Below, one piece after another: positions 16,136 through 20,000 of a stretch of 20,000 nt of DNA. Source of the stretch: an uncultured virus (IMG/VR IMGVR_UViG_3300048547_000618). Lineage: Duplodnaviria > Heunggongvirae > Uroviricota > Caudoviricetes. The notes beneath the pieces were generated by a model, which did not search any database, had not been told where the DNA came from, and saw only the letters and a program-made list of their open reading frames with translations. The position numbers were made by a program, and so were the translations under genes. The stretch lies in IMG/VR virus record IMGVR_UViG_3300048547_000618; one strand, given 5' to 3'. Position 1 is the stretch's first letter; each line of letters opens with the position of its first letter.

Positions 16136-18673
16136 ATGTCTAACTTTTATACATCGGTCGAAAGATTTGGTAATACAATCTTGTGGCGAGGATACGAAAA
16201 CGGCCGTAGATTTGAACGCAAAGTCAAGTACGAGCCAACCTTGTTTTTGACAACGCAGAAACAAGAATCGCAATACCAATCTTTATTTACCAAAAAACCA
16301 ATTGCCGCAAAGAAATTTGATAGTATGAAAGATGCTAAAGAATTTACCGAGCAATATAAAGGTGTTCATGGTATTGAAATATGTGGTAATACGAATTACG
16401 TATCGCAATTCATCCAAGAAAAATATCCTAATGAAATCAAATTTGATCCATCGTTGATTAACATTGTGTCTTTTGACATCGAGGTTGATGTTTCTGACGG
16501 CTATCCTGATATGGATTTTGCTGATAAAGAAATTACATCAATTGCAATCAAGTCTTCCAAATCTGATACTTACCATTTGCTTGGACGTAAAGATTACGAT
16601 AAGACAAAAACTCTGACTAACATTCCTCAAGATGATATTCAATTCATGAAGTTTGATACCGAAGAGGCATTACTTCGCAGGTTCTTACAGATTTGGGTAA
16701 ACGACTATCCTGATATTGTTACAGGTTGGAACGTTGAATTCTTTGACATTCAATATATTATAACGCGTATGAAAAACCTGTTAGGTGAAGAACGTATTAA
16801 AGAACTGTCTCCTTGGCGTTCTGTTCGTCCATATTCCCGTGAGTTCTTCGGTAAAGATCAGGGTTCATACCGCATCGGTGGCATCGCCGTGATTGACTAT
16901 ATGGATGCGTTTAAAAAGTTTGGCTATAAGTATGGTCCTCAGGAGTCGTGGAAACTTGACCACATTGCTCACGTTATTCTCGGCGAAAAGAAGATGGACT
17001 ATTCTGAGTATGGTAACCTTACAAACTTATATGAACAAAATCCACAACTGTATCTTGACTATAATCTTAAAGATACATGGTTGATCCAAAGATTTGAAGA
17101 TGAAACGAGTTTGCTTCAGTTAGTCATGACTGTTGCATACGGTGGTGGAGTCAACTACGGCGATGCTTTCGGTACTGTGGGTATATGGGAAACAACCTTA
17201 TACCGTAAACTAATTAAAGAAAATCGTATTCCTCCAATTAAAGGTGGCCCAGGACAAAGGGCTGGTGAATTGGTTGGCGGTTATGTTAAAGATCCTAAAG
17301 TCGGTATGCATCCTTGGATTGTATCGTTTGATTTGAACTCGCTGTATCCTCACTTGATGTTGCAATACAATATGTCTCCTGAAACATATCTTGAAGATGA
17401 ACGTGAAAACGTATCGCAGGATATGGTATTGAGCGGGAAGTATCAAAGTCAAAGAACTGACATGTCGGTCGCGGCCAACGGCGCTTGTTTTACAAATAAT
17501 CATCTCGGTATCATTCCTGAAATCATTGATGAATATTATGGAAATCGTAAGATCATTAAACAAGAAATGTTGAAAGTTGAGCAAGACCTTGAAAACGCAA
17601 CTGACTCAGCTCAAAAAGAGCAACTAAAACGAAAAGCAAATCAGCTACACAATGCTCAGATGGCTATCAAAATTAGTATGAACTCATTATATGGCGCAAT
17701 GGCAAATATCTACTTTTTATATTATATTAACGATATGGCTGAAGCAATTACAACGTCAGGCCAGTTATCAATCCGATATGCTCAAAAGTCTGTTAATGAT
17801 TATATGAATAAGATCCTCAAGACAGACAACCAGGACTATATTGTATATATTGACACTGACTCAATTTATGTTGACATGGCTCCTATTGTTGAGTCTGCGT
17901 TTGGCACTGTTGATATTGACCGTAAAAAAGGCGAAGCATTCTTAGATAAAGTTTGCCAAATGAAGATTGAGCCAGTTATTGAAGCCGGCTATGAAGATCT
18001 TGCTAAAAAGATGGGCGCATATCGTCAAGCTATGGGTATGAAACGCGAAAAGATTACTGATAAATCTGTATTCATCGCTAAGAAGCGTTACATTATGAAC
18101 ACGCTAAACTCTGAAGGCGTTCATTACGAAGAGCCAAAGATTTCTGTTACAGGACTTGAGTCTGTTCGCTCGTCAACTCCTGAAGTATGCCGTGAAAAGC
18201 TAAAGAAATCGTTTAAGGTTATTATGAACGAAGGTGAAACGGCCATGCAGGACTTTATTGAAGAGTTCCGCCAAGAGTTCAGAAAGTTACCACCTGAAGA
18301 TATTGGACGCAACTCAGGTACTGATAACATCGGTAAGTATATTGTCAAAGGTACCTATAAGAAAGGTTGTCCGATGCATGTACGTGGATGTATTCTATAT
18401 AACAATCATCTAAAACAACTTAAGCTAAACAAAAGGTATGAAGTAATTGAAGGTGGTGGAAAGATCAAGTTTGTATACCTTAAAGTACCAAACCCGATTA
18501 AAGAAAACATTATTTCTTTTCCAGGTGTATTACCCCCTGAATTTGAGTTGACAAATTACATTGACTATGATAAACAGTTTGAGAAGGTATTCCTAAACCC
18601 AATAGAAGCAATCCTTGAAGCTATCGGATGGTCTGCCGAAAAAATTAACACACTCGAAGATTTCTTTGCATAG
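16136..18673 (+). CDS. gp43: Family B DNA polymerase (T4 gp43)
   Basis: Exo motifs [17 protein letters not shown]; pol motifs [35 protein letters not shown] before ATG 16136; the track's GTG 16097 start lies inside the promoter. Confidence 0.98.
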   Translation: MSNFYTSVERFGNTILWRGYENGRRFERKVKYEPTLFLTTQKQESQYQSLFTKKPIAAKKFDSMKDAKEFTEQYKGVHGIEICGNTNYVSQFIQEKYPNEIKFDPSLINIVSFDIEVDVSDGYPDMDFADKEITSIAIKSSKSDTYHLLGRKDYDKTKTLTNIPQDDIQFMKFDTEEALLRRFLQIWVNDYPDIVTGWNVEFFDIQYIITRMKNLLGEERIKELSPWRSVRPYSREFFGKDQGSYRIGGIAVIDYMDAFKKFGYKYGPQESWKLDHIAHVILGEKKMDYSEYGNLTNLYEQNPQLYLDYNLKDTWLIQRFEDETSLLQLVMTVAYGGGVNYGDAFGTVGIWETTLYRKLIKENRIPPIKGGPGQRAGELVGGYVKDPKVGMHPWIVSFDLNSLYPHLMLQYNMSPETYLEDERENVSQDMVLSGKYQSQRTDMSVAANGACFTNNHLGIIPEIIDEYYGNRKIIKQEMLKVEQDLENATDSAQKEQLKRKANQLHNAQMAIKISMNSLYGAMANIYFLYYINDMAEAITTSGQLSIRYAQKSVNDYMNKILKTDNQDYIVYIDTDSIYVDMAPIVESAFGTVDIDRKKGEAFLDKVCQMKIEPVIEAGYEDLAKKMGAYRQAMGMKREKITDKSVFIAKKRYIMNTLNSEGVHYEEPKISVTGLESVRSSTPEVCREKLKKSFKVIMNEGETAMQDFIEEFRQEFRKLPPEDIGRNSGTDNIGKYIVKGTYKKGCPMHVRGCILYNNHLKQLKLNKRYEVIEGGGKIKFVYLKVPNPIKENIISFPGVLPPEFELTNYIDYDKQFEKVFLNPIEAILEAIGWSAEKINTLEDFFA

Positions 18674-18682
18674 GAGAATAAT

Positions 18683-18865
18683 ATGACGCCGAACCACAAA
18701 TTAGCAACGCTTGAAGCATCTTGGCGTTATCAGAACACTGTCGTTGAATGCCTAGAGGCTGAAAACGCGCCAGACAAATATGTTCAAAAAGCCAAGAAAG
18801 AAAGACTACGTATTAAAGATAAGATCGCAATTTTAAAAAGTGAAGGACTAAAAAATAATGACTGA
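18683..18865 (+). CDS. DUF465/YdcH-like small coiled-coil protein
   Basis: AGGAG SD; KKERLRIKDKI pattern. Confidence 0.65.
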   Translation: MTPNHKLATLEASWRYQNTVVECLEAENAPDKYVQKAKKERLRIKDKIAILKSEGLKNND

Positions 18866-19268
18866 TATGGCAAACGATATGAATATGATGCATGACAAAT
18901 TTGGAGTGCATGATTGGTTTCAAAAGAATCGTGGTGATAAAGATCTGATGAGCAAATATCTGATGTTTCGGATGCTTATGATTGGCGAAGAATACCAAGA
19001 AACATTATCGGCTATTAATAATTCAGATGCTGAAGAAGTTGTTGATGGCTTGATTGATATGTGTGTATTCGCGTTAGGTACACTTGATGTATTTGGCGTT
19101 GATGCTAATAAAGCATGGAACGCTATTTACGAAGCTAACATGGCAAAGGAACCTGGTGTAAAACCTGGCCGACCTAATCGTTTTGGTTTGCCTGATTTGT
19201 TAAAACCATTGGGTTGGAAACCACCTTCACACGAAGGTAATCACGGTGATTTAAATAAAGCTTTGTAA
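18858..19268 (+). CDS. All-alpha NTP pyrophosphatase (MazG/PRA-PH-like)
   Basis: EEYQE...EEVVDGLID metal-binding pattern, EANMAK, LLKPLGWKPP. Confidence 0.85.
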   Translation: MTDMANDMNMMHDKFGVHDWFQKNRGDKDLMSKYLMFRMLMIGEEYQETLSAINNSDAEEVVDGLIDMCVFALGTLDVFGVDANKAWNAIYEANMAKEPGVKPGRPNRFGLPDLLKPLGWKPPSHEGNHGDLNKAL

Positions 19269-19289
19269 AATAAATTAAATAAATATTGA

Positions 19290-19305
19290 ATGTTACCGTT
19301 AACAT
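19290..19305. promoter_or_regulatory. Operator-like palindrome ATGTTA-CCGT-TAACAT
   Basis: Perfect 6-bp inverted repeat with central CG in a 100-nt intergenic region. Confidence 0.55.
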
Positions 19306-19329
19306 AGCGCATGGTAAGTACCACTAAAA

Positions 19330-19337
19330 CATAAATA
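19330..19337 (+). promoter_or_regulatory. Variant late promoter CATAAATA
   Basis: NATAAATA about 30 nt before ATG 19369 (AGGAGG SD). Confidence 0.45.
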
Positions 19338-19368
19338 ATATTACATTGTTTATATAGGAGGTCCCACC

Positions 19369-19617
19369 ATGCGCAGTCCATTTGTACGTAAAGAAGCCAA
19401 CCGTTTGAATTGGATGATAAAAGGAAAACTAATTGATGTTTCCTGGTCCGACACAGAAGTTGAAAAAACCTACGATTCATATTTTAAAAGACTTTGGGGA
19501 AATAACGAAAGTTATATCCATGAAGACGGATTTGAACAAGCATGGAAGCAAAGAGAAGCTGAAATGTTTAACGAAGAAATCAAAAAAGTTGCAGTACTTG
19601 GTGGGCATTACGACTAG
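19369..19617 (+). CDS. Hypothetical protein
   Basis: 82 aa, strong AGGAGG SD. Confidence 0.8.
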   Translation: MRSPFVRKEANRLNWMIKGKLIDVSWSDTEVEKTYDSYFKRLWGNNESYIHEDGFEQAWKQREAEMFNEEIKKVAVLGGHYD

Positions 19618-19621
19618 TCTT

Positions 19622-19629
19622 TATAAATA
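19622..19629 (+). promoter_or_regulatory. T4-type late promoter
   Basis: TATAAATA, intergenic, 30 nt before ATG 19659. Confidence 0.75.
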
Positions 19630-19658
19630 GACTAAACAGATCAACATGAGGCATTATT

Positions 19659-20000
19659 ATGAGCAATATTCCAACTCAGACCAAGCTTTGGTACATCCAA
19701 TATCCAGTTAAAATTGATGGAGTAACTGATGATCAAGTGCAAGAGTGGGCACAGCACTGCTCTCTTTTTGCAGCAATCAATACAGAGACAACCGATGAAA
19801 ACGGATATCCAATATACGAGTTTCAATCTTATGTAGTACCTACTTTACTTGTGTGTATTAATCGCATGTTACAGTCTGAAGGTTTAACGTACACTGAAGA
19901 TGACCTATCTTTTAGGATGGTTGATTTGAATACAGCTTCTCCTAATATTATTGTACCTGCCAATTTGCACGGCGGTATTACATTTAACGATGATGATGAA
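19659..20000 (+). CDS. Late-expressed hypothetical protein (partial, runs off right edge; not in ORF track)
   Basis: MSNIPTQTKLWYIQYPVKIDGVTDDQVQEWAQHCSLFAAIN...; 114 open codons to the edge; GAGG SD. Confidence 0.75.
   Translation, partial: MSNIPTQTKLWYIQYPVKIDGVTDDQVQEWAQHCSLFAAINTETTDENGYPIYEFQSYVVPTLLVCINRMLQSEGLTYTEDDLSFRMVDLNTASPNIIVPANLHGGITFNDDDE

Noticed and set aside
9106..18673. Inteins, introns or homing endonucleases in uvsW, gp46, gp47, gp43
   Set aside because: Lengths are normal, motifs contiguous, no splice or nuclease motifs seen.
19241..19826. Track ORFs 19241..19480 (-), 19433..19630 (+), 19641..19826 (-)
   Set aside because: They overlap plus-strand genes with clear SDs at 19369 and 19659.

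Overview
AT-rich segment of a T4-like myovirus genome, probably aquatic; the host is possibly an alphaproteobacterium (inferred only from promoter motifs). The left arm (1-7764) reads on the minus strand: type II topoisomerase subunits gp39(+60) and gp52, a run of small accessory genes (two HEXXH peptidase-like ORFs, a SWIM-finger ORF, a DUF1281-like ORF, a glycine-zipper protein, an Sm-like ORF, a GT25-like glycosyltransferase running off the edge) and tRNA-Arg(UCU) plus tRNA-Leu(UAA). The right arm (7849-20000) reads on the plus strand: gp3, uvsY, uvsW, gp55, gp47, gp46, gp43 and a MazG/PRA-PH-like pyrophosphatase, with two methyltransferases and small membrane genes interspersed. Several likely genes missing from the ORF track were read by hand. 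The most unusual signals are non-coding: (i) sigma70-type promoters carrying a GANTC (TGATTC[G/T]) site at a fixed position, like CcrM/GcrA-controlled promoters; (ii) a LacI-type operator palindrome ATGTTA-N4-TAACAT with a degenerate second copy before the topoisomerase operon; (iii) tandem early-type and late-type promoters pointing antisense into uvsW with no gene behind them; (iv) a 21-aa CxxC peptide leading the topoisomerase operon. All calls come from motif recognition by eye; no database searches were run.
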